Shown: positions 39,219-49,184 of the stretch, piece after piece
Numbering within the stretch: position 1 is the first letter of the stretch
Layout: the number at the start of each line of letters is the position of its first letter
IMG/VR virus record: IMGVR_UViG_3300048629_000034
Span: 1 to 64,000 of that record
DNA length: 64,000 nt
Source of the DNA: a virus
Taxonomy: Duplodnaviria > Caudoviricetes
Strand: one strand, 5' to 3'
Made by a program: the position numbers and the translations under genes
Notes under the pieces: model-generated
Seen by the model: the letters and a program-made list of their open reading frames with translations, nothing else
Told to the model about the DNA's origin: nothing
The model's database searches: none

Positions 39219-41366
39219 CTAATTACCTGCGCCTCCAGATCCTGCCGTACCCATCGACGCTCCAGACTGGCTAGCTTCGTTGAACATGTATTGGATTTTA
39301 CAAACTTTACCGTCAAATTCACCAGCAGTAACTACATCTAAATTAATAGTAGTTCCTGAGATAGATGCAACATTAACTGCTACAGCTTCAGAATCATTGT
39401 CACCAGCATAAACGATAACTTCTCCGAAGATTACACCGTCAGCGATTGGAGCATAAGTAGTAGTAATTGAATCACCAGAAACAGTTACAGAACCATCAAG
39501 ACCTTCTAATTTCATCATTGGAATCCATAAGTCAGCATATTTTTTAGCTTCTAATTCTGCATATAATACAGAACCAACAGTAGTGTTATCACCTTCGATT
39601 ACGTCAAGTCTTAAGTCAAGTGCATCATCAGCATCTTTTCTAGTAGTCTCTTCAGCAGTGATAGCGTCTTTTCTGTCTTGGATCTCAGTGTCAACTTTAG
39701 TGTCGATAACACCTTCAGCTGTAGTTGCTCTAGACTCTTCAGCATCAACATCAGCGATTCTGTCAGTAGCTTCTTGAGAGATAGCATTAGCATTAACTAG
39801 CTCAGCAGCTTTAGCTCTAGTTTCTTCAACTAGGATGTCGTAAGCAACAGAACCAACAGTTTGATCATCAGCATTTAATGTAGTGATAGCTGCAGCATTA
39901 GCAACTTCAGCAGCAGTAGCTCTAGTAATCTCAGAGTTTAATGCAGTTGTTTGAGCTGTATTGTTTGATGTAATTGTACTATTTAAAGTAGCAACTTCGT
40001 TTGTAACTCTAGTATCAACAACACCATCAGCAGCAATGTATGCAGCAGTCATAGCAGTATCAGCAGCTTTGTAGTCTGTATCTAATTGAGTAATTGCATT
40101 AGTGTTAGCAACTTCAGCATTTCCAGCTCTAGTAGCTTCAGTAGAAATTAATCCCTCAACTCTAGTGATTTCAGAACCTCTAGTAGAGATTTCAGAATCA
40201 ACTTTACTTTCAATTCTAGTTTCTTCACTAACAGATCTATTTTTCTCAGCAGTAACTAAACCAGTTAACTCAGCGAAATCTGCAATTTTTAAGAATGATT
40301 TAGAAGTAAATCCAGATGGCACATAATCTCCACCTTGATCTGGCAATACAACATATACATCTTTTTCAGAAGTTACGTAGTAAGCTTGACCAGCAACTAA
40401 GTCGCCTTCAACTAATGCATCGATTCCCGCTAAATCAGCAACTGAACCTTTCCAAGAAACACCAGCAACTAGTGTACCTTCAACAGCAGATAATCTTCCA
40501 GATAATGCAGAGTCAGCATTTGTTCTGTTAGTTACTTCAGTAGATAGTGCAGCTTCAATAGCAGTCTTGTTACCAGAAACAGTAGAAGTTAATGCAGTGA
40601 TTACACCATCAACTCTAGTAATTTCAGTTCCTCTATCAGTAACCTCAGTAGCAATAGCAGTAGCATTAGTAGCTTCAGCACCTTCAGCTCTTGTTTTTTC
40701 AACAAGTACAGCAGCATCAGCATAAGCTTCAGTAGCAGTTATAGCAGCGATTCTATCAGTTTTTTCAGTATCAACTTTACCGTCGATTCTAGTTTCTTCA
40801 GAGATAGCTCTAGTTTGCTCAGCCTTAACAGCATATGCAACTGAACCAGCAACAGTATCAATATCATTTAATAATGCGATTTCAGCATCAGTAGCAGAGA
40901 TTTCACCATCTAATTTTGTTTCAATTCTAGCTTCTTCAGCTTTTGCTCTTGTCTCTTCGTCAGCAGTAGCAGTAGATGAACCAGACGCTAAGTTTGCAAT
41001 ATCATTTGCCAGTACAGCTTCTTGAGCAAGTGCTCTGTTTTCTTCAACTAAAATAGCAGCATCTCTATCAGTTACTTCTGTAGAAATAGCAGTACCTCTG
41101 TCAGAGATTTCTTGATTTAAATTATCTTCTAATTTTTTTAATGTAGCATTTGAAGCAGATACTCCACCTTTTAAGTCTACGATAGCTTGTGATCTATCAG
41201 CAACTTCTTGGCTAATACCACCTTGTAAATTCTTACCAGCTTCTGCAGATAATGGTTTACCAGTTCCACCAGTAGTTACATCATTTACGATGTCAGAGAA
41301 GAAAATCTTATCTTTTAGTGAAGGTATCGTTCTATTACCAGATTGTCTAATTTTATTAATTGCCAT
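39219..41366 (-). CDS. Long coiled-coil fibre/appendage protein
   Basis: Many E.TRA..AE repeats, LSAEAGK and GSV.YA modules. Confidence 0.7.
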   Translation of the reverse strand: MAINKIRQSGNRTIPSLKDKIFFSDIVNDVTTGGTGKPLSAEAGKNLQGGISQEVADRSQAIVDLKGGVSASNATLKKLEDNLNQEISDRGTAISTEVTDRDAAILVEENRALAQEAVLANDIANLASGSSTATADEETRAKAEEARIETKLDGEISATDAEIALLNDIDTVAGSVAYAVKAEQTRAISEETRIDGKVDTEKTDRIAAITATEAYADAAVLVEKTRAEGAEATNATAIATEVTDRGTEITRVDGVITALTSTVSGNKTAIEAALSTEVTNRTNADSALSGRLSAVEGTLVAGVSWKGSVADLAGIDALVEGDLVAGQAYYVTSEKDVYVVLPDQGGDYVPSGFTSKSFLKIADFAELTGLVTAEKNRSVSEETRIESKVDSEISTRGSEITRVEGLISTEATRAGNAEVANTNAITQLDTDYKAADTAMTAAYIAADGVVDTRVTNEVATLNSTITSNNTAQTTALNSEITRATAAEVANAAAITTLNADDQTVGSVAYDILVEETRAKAAELVNANAISQEATDRIADVDAEESRATTAEGVIDTKVDTEIQDRKDAITAEETTRKDADDALDLRLDVIEGDNTTVGSVLYAELEAKKYADLWIPMMKLEGLDGSVTVSGDSITTTYAPIADGVIFGEVIVYAGDNDSEAVAVNVASISGTTINLDVVTAGEFDGKVCKIQYMFNEASQSGASMGTAGSGGAGN

Positions 41367-41448
41367 GAATTAATCCTTTATTTTGTTTTGTTTGAGCTGA
41401 GCGTAGTAGGGGCTCAAGTCGCTCTAATCAAGAGCCCCGTAGTTTTTT

Positions 41449-41700
41449 TTATTTGTTATCGTCGACAGCTAATTCAAATTCCTCAACTGTACCGATATCT
41501 GTTGTCGAGCCACCAGCCGCAGACTCCAGGAAGTCTAATCTGGTTATAATACCATCTTGAGTATTAATTACATCTTTAACGACACTAGCTCCTGCTACAT
41601 CATTACTATCAATTATTTTAGTATTAAATTTATCTCTATTTCTTATTATATTTGATGTTGAATCGGCAGACGATGTACTGAAATATCTTCTTGGTAGCAT
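41449..41700 (-). CDS. Small virion protein
   Basis: Translationally coupled ORF; shares a C-terminal motif with two other tail-region proteins. Confidence 0.5.
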   Translation of the reverse strand: MLPRRYFSTSSADSTSNIIRNRDKFNTKIIDSNDVAGASVVKDVINTQDGIITRLDFLESAAGGSTTDIGTVEEFELAVDDNK

Positions 41701-41996
41701 TATAGACTCGATATATATTTTACTTCACAGGCTTTACCAGTCAAGTTTTCTTCAGCAAGCATCTCCACTCTGGTACCGCTTCTATTGAATTTGCCATCAA
41801 GAACCAAGTCACCACCATCTACTCCAAATATGACCATAGATATTATTTCTCCTCTTGGCTCCATGCTTAGCTCTACCCAGTTAGTATTTCCATCGTTATA
41901 TATTGTTAGATTATCTGTTATACATATAGTTTTGTCAATGCTTTTTATTGTACTTGAGTTGTAACTTTTAGTACTTGTTCTATATAGCACTTTCAT
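41700..41996 (-). CDS. Hypothetical protein
   Basis: Coupled ORF in the operon. Confidence 0.5.
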   Translation of the reverse strand: MKVLYRTSTKSYNSSTIKSIDKTICITDNLTIYNDGNTNWVELSMEPRGEIISMVIFGVDGGDLVLDGKFNRSGTRVEMLAEENLTGKACEVKYISSL

Positions 41997-42252
41997 CTCC
42001 TGACATAGTAAACTCTACACCATTCACTCTAAGCTCGTCTCCTCCACTTAGGAATATTTTAGTGCTTAGGAATATCGTCTCGTTTGGTTCTATTTGCATA
42101 TTCATCAGCTGGCTTCTTTGCATACCATTCTTGTCATATATATAAGCCTGAGCATATTTAGTTATCTGTTCTGAATTGAACATAGTCATCCCAACTATAG
42201 CTATCGATATAGTATCTGAAGATACTACATTTTCAGTATATGTTTTTATCAT
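41980..42252 (-). CDS. Hypothetical beta-sandwich virion protein
   Basis: Coupled ORF; KIFLSGGDELRV. Confidence 0.5.
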   Translation of the reverse strand: MIKTYTENVVSSDTISIAIVGMTMFNSEQITKYAQAYIYDKNGMQRSQLMNMQIEPNETIFLSTKIFLSGGDELRVNGVEFTMSGDESAI

Positions 42253-42257
42253 TTTAT

Positions 42258-42545
42258 CTATCCTCCGAATACCATAGCATTTTTCTTAGCTATATTATTT
42301 GCATCTTCAAATGTTGTATAGTTTTCTTTAATGTATTTTATATCACCGTTAACTACATTAGCAGCGTTTAATATATCGTTAGTAGCTACGGCTTCATTTG
42401 CACTTATGAAGTTATCTACAGCTTCCGGAGTTGGAGTATATATCTTATTTTCAACTATTTTATTTATTTCAATCCCCTCTGATATGTTGGCTCTTAATCT
42501 AGCAGTATCTGCTGTTGATAATCTAATGCTTTGGTTCGCCATCAA
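42258..42545 (-). CDS. Hypothetical protein
   Basis: ORF with an AGGAG SD. Confidence 0.5.
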   Translation of the reverse strand: MMANQSIRLSTADTARLRANISEGIEINKIVENKIYTPTPEAVDNFISANEAVATNDILNAANVVNGDIKYIKENYTTFEDANNIAKKNAMVFGG

Positions 42546-42552
42546 TTAGCTC

Positions 42553-42900
42553 CTATGCTATATTTGTTATTGTATCTGATATAGTTACAGAACCAACTGC
42601 TATCACATCTATTTTACCGTCAGCTTTATTTTTAATCTTTAGATCAAACTCTCCAGATTTAAACGGAAGCATTGATGTAACTGTTGGTTCTAGCGTAAGT
42701 AGTATCACACCATTTGATGCCATTGCTTCATTGTCTAGGTATTGAGTAAATGATACTCTTTCTCCATTTTTAGCTATTACATCTAAATAGCAATCGAATG
42801 CAGACGAATCGACAACACTAGATGTATTATCTAGTACATAGAATGTATGTTGATATGTTGTTCCTCTAAGTATATCTATCTTTTCATCTAATATAATCAT
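42553..42900 (-). CDS. BppU/LtfC-like beta-sandwich tail adaptor
   Basis: IDILRGTTY...GVILLTL...FDLKI...GSVTI pattern. Confidence 0.5.
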   Translation of the reverse strand: MIILDEKIDILRGTTYQHTFYVLDNTSSVVDSSAFDCYLDVIAKNGERVSFTQYLDNEAMASNGVILLTLEPTVTSMLPFKSGEFDLKIKNKADGKIDVIAVGSVTISDTITNIA

Positions 42901-42919
42901 CGATTATCTCCTGTTATAA

Positions 42920-43225
42920 TTACGCTTCTGCAGCTATAAATGCATCTTCGAAATCTTCGTATGTACCTTGATCTGCACTTGCCTCGGCTTTCTTTGCCCA
43001 ATGCTTAGCACTATATTTTCCTGATTCAACTTCAACATCTTCACCTTCTTCTGCCCACTTAGCAGCCTTTTCTTTGCTAGCTAAAGCACTATCAGCATTC
43101 TTGCTAGCATTTACAACTTTATCAATATTGTCTCTTACTGGCTTATTATCAGTATCCATTTGTACCATATCGGGATATTTATTATTTATTATATCTGCTA
43201 CTAAATTTGAAAAGCTAGAACTCAT
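42920..43225 (-). CDS. Small tail-associated protein
   Basis: KYSAKHWAKKAEASA fibre-type motif. Confidence 0.5.
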   Translation of the reverse strand: MSSSFSNLVADIINNKYPDMVQMDTDNKPVRDNIDKVVNASKNADSALASKEKAAKWAEEGEDVEVESGKYSAKHWAKKAEASADQGTYEDFEDAFIAAEA

Positions 43226-43689
43226 GTATTATTTCCTTGATTGTTATTGTCACATTCATACAGTGCTTCAGAATATGCTTCATCTGTAGTTGAATATTCT
43301 TTGCTATTGTCTACGTTTTGAAGTGCGTCTGTATTGGTTGCTGGCTCAATATATACAGGTACAGTGTTTTCTACGGCCTCATTTAGCAACTCTTCTACCT
43401 TTACACACCAACCAAATCCTGTAGGATTATCGCAATACCTCATATATTCATATATGTATTTTAAGTCAGCACTACCTGGTTGAGCACACAGTAAATCACC
43501 ACTCATGTATGAATCCAATTTTCGTAACCAATTGATATCAATTACATGCTCTATGCCATTGATTGTTCTGATCTCTTTATATGGTATATTTGAACCAACA
43601 ATTGACTGAGCAGCAATTACTCTATTGTCAGAGTTTGGTTCTGATTGTATTTGCGATAGTATGCCTACAGCATTATTTAGCATTAGCAT
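43222..43689 (-). CDS. Hypothetical protein
   Basis: Overlapping ORF in the operon. Confidence 0.5.
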   Translation of the reverse strand: MLMLNNAVGILSQIQSEPNSDNRVIAAQSIVGSNIPYKEIRTINGIEHVIDINWLRKLDSYMSGDLLCAQPGSADLKYIYEYMRYCDNPTGFGWCVKVEELLNEAVENTVPVYIEPATNTDALQNVDNSKEYSTTDEAYSEALYECDNNNQGNNT

Positions 43690-44092
43690 TCTCCATTGTA
43701 GTTCCTTTTGTTGTCTTCAGGAATCTATCAACTTTCTTTTCATATTCAAATATGATTTTGTCTGCTTCTTGCTTGTAGTATGGCTTCATTTGTTTTTCAC
43801 CCATATAGCTAGCCATTATATTAGCTATAGCAGGAACTAAGTCATTATCTACATCTATTTCATCTGTTTCAAGCTCTGGAAGTTTTGGCATCCTAATGAA
43901 CATATTTCCAATACCTTGTCTAACTATTGGCTCATCTATGTCTGGAGTAAGTAATTTTAATGCTGTACACTTTGATGCTAAATCACACATAGCCATCTCT
44001 AACCCAGCTAAGAATACATCATCATCTCTAGGAAGCACGACATCACCTGTAAGTAGAATCTTAATCGCAGATTTTAATCTTTTAAGTGTCAT
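43673..44092 (-). CDS. Possible head-tail adaptor
   Basis: Immediately downstream of the terminase (N4 gp67 position); helical termini. Confidence 0.4.
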   Translation of the reverse strand: MTLKRLKSAIKILLTGDVVLPRDDDVFLAGLEMAMCDLASKCTALKLLTPDIDEPIVRQGIGNMFIRMPKLPELETDEIDVDNDLVPAIANIMASYMGEKQMKPYYKQEADKIIFEYEKKVDRFLKTTKGTTMENANAK

Positions 44093-44149
44093 ATTATGCT
44101 TCCTTTATATTATTTTATCAAGTATACCTAACGGTTTCTTATCTGCTAC

Positions 44150-47100
44150 TTAAACATAGCTTGAGAATGCGTTGGTTCTATTTCCTATACTTTTTCTTCT
44201 GTTCGCAAACAGTCTCATGCCTCCAGATGCCTGTGTCCCTACATTATGACCAGCATTTTTTGACATCTCTTGACCTGTCATGCCGCTCATTGGGTAGTTT
44301 ATTTGCATCATAGCTATTTGACTAATCAAATCTGGCCCATCATCATGTCTAGAATTATGAACTATGCATCCGTTAACTACAAAGTTGCTGTAACCAGGAA
44401 CCTCTATATCGTAGACAGGCTCATTCTTTCCTGTGTTTTTTATTTCTTCTATAGAAACTAGATCTGCATTCGACAGAGCAATATTTTTGTCGAATAGTAT
44501 GTCCCATAAATTTTTTTCCACATTCTCTACATTCGCATTCGAATTTAATTGTTTTTCTAGCTTCGTCAATACATATTTTTCCGCAATATTTAGTTTTGTT
44601 TGAAACTGGTGAGACAAATTTCTTTCCGCAATTCTTGCACTCTCTTTCTTCTGACCTAAGTAATCTTTTTTTCTCATTATGTATTTTTGTACATTTTGGA
44701 TTGTTGCATAAAATTTGGTTATGGCTTTGTTGCATAACCTCATTTGAACAGATACTACACTTGATAACTTGAAGCGGTTTATAATCGATATTGAATCTAA
44801 GTTTCTTTGCTTTACTTCGACACGATTCTCCGCAATATTTTGCATCGTTTCTTGAGTTTTTGTGCATAATAAACTCTGTTCCGCACCATTTACATATTCT
44901 GTTGATCTTTCTATTCTGTTGTTTTCTTGCAGATGCTTTTTTTCGGTATGATTTGTCTCTGGCATAGAAATGATCATTTGATCCTTTGTGTATTTTTTGA
45001 TGCTCTTGTCTGGTAAGAATGATGAGATTACATGCTTCATTGTTGTCTTTATTTTCGTCAACATGATGCACATCAAACCCTCGCGGGATTGATGTGCCAG
45101 TTTCTCTTTCAAACACTTCTCTGTGTAACCATTTTCTTTTTCCGTTAATATTTCTTGTGGATTGATAGTATCCGTTTGGTTTTTTTCTCCACTTGAATCC
45201 ATATCTTTCATCTTGCATATACTGTTCCTTATCAATACATCCCAATGCCTCAGATCGTCTACTCTTACATAACCTCTTGCTGTCATAACCCTATGACAAC
45301 CCGTAAGCCTCATAATTAGTCCATCTGCGGTAACTAGTTCATATATCTCTTTATTTCCAGTAAATATAGCATTTTTTGGTTTAACATATGCTGAATACGA
45401 CCCATTTGTTGCTAGTACCATATCCTCATTAGTAATATCAGTTATATACTTTTCTCCGTCAATACACTTAACCAAAGTATCAGCAGAGAAACAACCGAAG
45501 CTGTCGTGTTTTATCATCATCAACTGCTCCATAAGTACTTTCATGTCAGGAATATCCTGAAGCTCTCTCGGAAACCATATCTTTCTGTTCTGGAATAATG
45601 GTAGAGTCATTCTGAACCTCCAGTGCTTATTACCACCTTCCAGTCTACTTGTTATCCCCTCAGAGCCAGCTTTACTACCTTTGGCTCTAGCGAATGTGAA
45701 GAATATACCTTTTCTAGGCATTCTCTCTCTAACTGCTTCTAGGTGAGCTCTTTGGTTCCCATCTAATTCTATACCAACTTCTATGTATCTAGCACCAAGT
45801 GAAGTATATAGTTGCGCAAACCTAAATAACTCATCGTATTGATCTTCTATTGTACATTTTCTAAGCGACAAATCCAACATAAAGTGATCCATATTACTAT
45901 TTACAGCCCACACAGCTATACCACTATAATCACCATTTAGATCATTACTTGAAGTAAAATCTGTTGTGATATATATATTGTAATCACTCATTCTTTTTTG
46001 GATATCTACTCTATTGAACCATTGTATGTAGTTCTGCTGTAGCATTTTATCTTCAGATGTACTTGTTCGCAGATAATGCTCTTGCATTAGTTTCTTCATT
46101 GGTTCTGGATTTCCTGCATCTTTGGCTCTTTGTGCTCTTCGATAATCCCTCATACAGTTCGAGAAGCTATGTCTGTCTGGCCATACTGATACAAATTCAT
46201 CCTCTACCATATCTTCTCTTATTGATTCACCTCTAGGGAACACAACTGGAAGCCAAGTACCTTCTTCAATTCTTCTTGTAACGCTATCATTCTTTCCATA
46301 TGGAGTACCAATTATTACTGCGAAGTTTTTATTATTATTTAAACCAGGAAGCACATCGGCTTCAATAGTACTTTCTATGCTTGTCATTATTGATTTACTT
46401 GCTGCAGCCTTCTCGCCCTTTATCAAATCGTCAAATATTGAGGCATCCGGCCTAGCTAGTCCTGACCTAGTTCCTCTAACCCCAGCTTCAGCTCCAACGC
46501 CACCCAATGTGAATGTTCTAAGCATTCTGCCTGGAACAGTATCTTCTGACTTTCCTTGTTTTATTACATGGTCTTCATATGCTCGTAATTCTGACTTTGT
46601 TATTGGCTTTCTAACAAACAATACTTCATTTACATTTAGTTTCCATGACTCGAAGAATTGTTGCATATATGGACTCTCTAGGAATACTTGCTTAATCATC
46701 CCCATTGTGGTTTTTACATTATTCTCCATTGTGTCCCCTACATATAGCATGTAGTTTATTTTTCCGAAACCTGGAAGTTTCCCTTTAATTGCTGCGAACA
46801 TAAATAAATATGTTACAATACTGCTCTTGCTAAATTCCCTGCAAGACAATATTGCTATTCTGTCATTCATTCCAAAGTAATCAATATTACGAACCATAAA
46901 GAATGGCTGAACATTTGGTTGTCTGAATATACAATCAACGAAGAAGTAATGTGGCAAACTATTGCTGTTCTCTGGTTCTCTACCTAGTGCCATACGAATG
47001 AATGCCATAAACTCTATGGCATGGTCACTTGGGATATACCATTTTAACTTTAGATCTATATTATCTAACAACTTATCCATAGTTATTATCTTATCTTCGA

Positions 47101-47212
47101 ATGCTTTCAATACTATTCCATCAGAACCAACCTCCCACTTGTGATGAGGGTCGACTCCATCTGGATATATTGCAGCTACACTATTTGGTAGCTTATCTGC
47201 TGGTATAAGCAT
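44150..47212 (-). CDS. terL: Terminase large subunit (N4 gp68-like) containing a 380-aa intein
   Basis: CREFSKS Walker A variant, GVRGTR...RPDASIFDDL, IIGTP, WPDRH, YITTDF, HDD. Confidence 0.93.
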   Translation of the reverse strand: MLIPADKLPNSVAAIYPDGVDPHHKWEVGSDGIVLKAFEDKIITMDKLLDNIDLKLKWYIPSDHAIEFMAFIRMALGREPENSNSLPHYFFVDCIFRQPNVQPFFMVRNIDYFGMNDRIAILSCREFSKSSIVTYLFMFAAIKGKLPGFGKINYMLYVGDTMENNVKTTMGMIKQVFLESPYMQQFFESWKLNVNEVLFVRKPITKSELRAYEDHVIKQGKSEDTVPGRMLRTFTLGGVGAEAGVRGTRSGLARPDASIFDDLIKGEKAAASKSIMTSIESTIEADVLPGLNNNKNFAVIIGTPYGKNDSVTRRIEEGTWLPVVFPRGESIREDMVEDEFVSVWPDRHSFSNCMRDYRRAQRAKDAGNPEPMKKLMQEHYLRTSTSEDKMLQQNYIQWFNRVDIQKRMSDYNIYITTDFTSSNDLNGDYSGIAVWAVNSNMDHFMLDLSLRKCTIEDQYDELFRFAQLYTSLGARYIEVGIELDGNQRAHLEAVRERMPRKGIFFTFARAKGSKAGSEGITSRLEGGNKHWRFRMTLPLFQNRKIWFPRELQDIPDMKVLMEQLMMIKHDSFGCFSADTLVKCIDGEKYITDITNEDMVLATNGSYSAYVKPKNAIFTGNKEIYELVTADGLIMRLTGCHRVMTARGYVRVDDLRHWDVLIRNSICKMKDMDSSGEKNQTDTINPQEILTEKENGYTEKCLKEKLAHQSREGLMCIMLTKIKTTMKHVISSFLPDKSIKKYTKDQMIISMPETNHTEKKHLQENNRIERSTEYVNGAEQSLLCTKTQETMQNIAENRVEVKQRNLDSISIINRFKLSSVVSVQMRLCNKAITKFYATIQNVQKYIMRKKDYLGQKKESARIAERNLSHQFQTKLNIAEKYVLTKLEKQLNSNANVENVEKNLWDILFDKNIALSNADLVSIEEIKNTGKNEPVYDIEVPGYSNFVVNGCIVHNSRHDDGPDLISQIAMMQINYPMSGMTGQEMSKNAGHNVGTQASGGMRLFANRRKSIGNRTNAFSSYV
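44354..45493 (-). mobile_element. Intein (aa 574-953 of TerL)
   Basis: Block A CFSADTLV, block B LTGCHRVMT, block F VYDIEV, block G CIVHN followed by +1 Ser. Confidence 0.93.
44421..45218 (-). CDS. HNH homing endonuclease with four Cys4 zinc-finger repeats, overprinted inside the intein
   Basis: LHREVF...VHHVDENKDNN...NL...EH..IH; four CxxC...C(x3-5)C repeats; AAGGA SD at 45226-45230. Confidence 0.85.
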   Translation of the reverse strand: MQDERYGFKWRKKPNGYYQSTRNINGKRKWLHREVFERETGTSIPRGFDVHHVDENKDNNEACNLIILTRQEHQKIHKGSNDHFYARDKSYRKKASARKQQNRKINRICKWCGTEFIMHKNSRNDAKYCGESCRSKAKKLRFNIDYKPLQVIKCSICSNEVMQQSHNQILCNNPKCTKIHNEKKRLLRSEERECKNCGKKFVSPVSNKTKYCGKICIDEARKTIKFECECRECGKKFMGHTIRQKYCSVECRSSFYRRNKKHRKE

Positions 47213-47218
47213 TGCTAT

Positions 47219-47989
47219 TTACTCCTGAAACACAAACGTTGGTTCCATATCTATGGCCGCCAATACCGCTGCGTTCTTTGCCATATCGATAGTCTCAATA
47301 TCGTATTCTCCTAGTCCTGCAGTAACATGCTCAAGCACGCTCTCTCCATTGCTGGTTTCACCAACTTTAACTACACACATTCCTGCATTTTTCTCTACAG
47401 TGATACTATCTTTATCTATTCCTAGTTCAGTATGTATTGCTTCAGCTATCTCTTCTAAGCTATCAGTAAGATATCCAATTGATTCAGAAGTTATTCTGTC
47501 TCCTACTCCATACGATACCATTCCATCTTGTCCCCAAGCGTACCATCTATTCTCTTCTTCGTTGAATCCAACAGTAGCTCTCCATGAATGATCATTGGCT
47601 CCCCTGTATCCATTAGTAACTTTAACAGTATAATACAACTCATATGCAAAAGTGATAGGACCTATCATTAATCCATTATATAGAACATCAATCATTACGT
47701 TATCGTAACTAGCACCAAGTCGTCTAGCTTCTCTAGCAACATCTTCAACTGATGTAGCAATAGATAACCTTCTCTCGATAGGCTCACCTTTTTCATCTGC
47801 TCCACATGAGATCACATATTCTAAATCAAATGAACCATCAACTAACTCAGTATCTATCATTTCTGTAATTAAGTCAGTTCTCCATAATTTGTTTAAATCA
47901 TCTACTGTTGTATTGTCTAGTATTGTATCGTCGATTACCTCAGTGTCTATTGTTTGTTTTATTATCTCTAATGTAGTATTCTTGCTCAT
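47219..47989 (-). CDS. Hypothetical acidic protein
   Basis: ORF with an AGGAG SD. Confidence 0.6.
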   Translation of the reverse strand: MSKNTTLEIIKQTIDTEVIDDTILDNTTVDDLNKLWRTDLITEMIDTELVDGSFDLEYVISCGADEKGEPIERRLSIATSVEDVAREARRLGASYDNVMIDVLYNGLMIGPITFAYELYYTVKVTNGYRGANDHSWRATVGFNEEENRWYAWGQDGMVSYGVGDRITSESIGYLTDSLEEIAEAIHTELGIDKDSITVEKNAGMCVVKVGETSNGESVLEHVTAGLGEYDIETIDMAKNAAVLAAIDMEPTFVFQE

Positions 47990-48063
47990 CTATTTTCTCC
48001 TTTTGATGATTAGTGTATTTATTTAATTATATTTTACTTTTACTTTGATTAAGTTTAATCAAG

Positions 48064-48309
48064 TTAGTACATCTCCACATATCCGTTTGATCTTACTATT
48101 TTCATATCAGGAAATGTGTCTTGAGCTATATTTACTTTTATTTCTTCCTCTGCATATCTTCGAACCAATGCCATACTGCTAAGATCAATAAACATGGCTA
48201 CTTTTTTACCTATACAAAACCATTTGGCTCCAAGCATTGCTGTTCTGCAGCACTTGTATGCATTATTCTTTTCATCAGCTTCTTTTTTCCATGATGATAG
48301 TATGCCCAT
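48064..48309 (-). CDS. Hypothetical protein
   Basis: ORF in the operon. Confidence 0.45.
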   Translation of the reverse strand: MGILSSWKKEADEKNNAYKCCRTAMLGAKWFCIGKKVAMFIDLSSMALVRRYAEEEIKVNIAQDTFPDMKIVRSNGYVEMY

Positions 48310-48313
48310 ATAG

Positions 48314-48679
48314 CTACACTCTTGATTCTGTGTCTATTTGGATCATTTTCTTGATATTATTCATTCTCTCTTTAGCCATTCCTATGTGCATGTAATGATA
48401 TGCTAACTCGTTGAAGTTGTTCCAATCATCCTCAGTTGTCTTTTGTCTATATGACTTTTTGTATGTACAATGCAGATGCCTATGACAATCCCAGCATACA
48501 ACTACTGCATTATCTTGACAGTATCGTAACTCTGGATGCGTACTTCCATCAGCTTTATGGTGCACTTGTAGATTGCCAGTATCTCCACATATTGAACATA
48601 CCTTTTGGATCAATAATGCATCTCTTCTCCAATTTCTATATTCCTTAGTCTTTCTCCATTTAGCTGTACCTTTATCCAT
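48314..48679 (-). CDS. HNH endonuclease near the terminase
   Basis: CSICG...LQVHH...N.VVVCWDCHRHLH. Confidence 0.85.
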   Translation of the reverse strand: MDKGTAKWRKTKEYRNWRRDALLIQKVCSICGDTGNLQVHHKADGSTHPELRYCQDNAVVVCWDCHRHLHCTYKKSYRQKTTEDDWNNFNELAYHYMHIGMAKERMNNIKKMIQIDTESRV

Positions 48680-48681
48680 GA

Positions 48682-48912
48682 CTATTTATCCTTATCCATT
48701 CCACGGAGCATCTTACTTGTGCATGACTGACATATATTTACTCTCTTGATTACATCACGATGAAGTAACTTTAGTATATACTTTTTAACTAATCTCTTTA
48801 CCCATCTGGATCCAGAGAATGTCATGCGAGTCTTAACTTCCTCTAGGTTTACTCTCATATCAAACGAGTTGAACTCAGTGTTTGTTTTGTTGCATCTATC
48901 GCATATAATCAT
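48682..48912 (-). CDS. Small zinc-binding protein
   Basis: CDRC...CQSC. Confidence 0.55.
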   Translation of the reverse strand: MIICDRCNKTNTEFNSFDMRVNLEEVKTRMTFSGSRWVKRLVKKYILKLLHRDVIKRVNICQSCTSKMLRGMDKDK

Positions 48913-49175
48913 ATTATTCCTTTACTTTTTGCAGACCTTCTGATGGCAGCATAGCTATCAGCGTATCTATATTTATCATTGCCATGTATCATTCTATCCA
49001 TGTTATGTATATAATCTCTTATATCATCAGAATTAATAAGTCTATTTACTAGTGCTAGCTCAGTAGCTTCTTCCCACATTATGATGAGTTTTTTCCTTGC
49101 AGAAATAACTTGTTCTTTTCTTATCTGCTCTCTTACTAAGTCATCTACATCTGACTGATCTAGAAAGTCAGCCAT
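48909..49175 (-). CDS. Hypothetical protein
   Basis: ORF in the operon. Confidence 0.5.
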   Translation of the reverse strand: MADFLDQSDVDDLVREQIRKEQVISARKKLIIMWEEATELALVNRLINSDDIRDYIHNMDRMIHGNDKYRYADSYAAIRRSAKSKGII

Positions 49176-49184
49176 TAATTATCT

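Noticed and set aside
44421-45245. Terminase as a pseudogene interrupted by an HNH gene or a group I intron
   Set aside because: The TerL frame is continuous and bounded by complete intein motifs.
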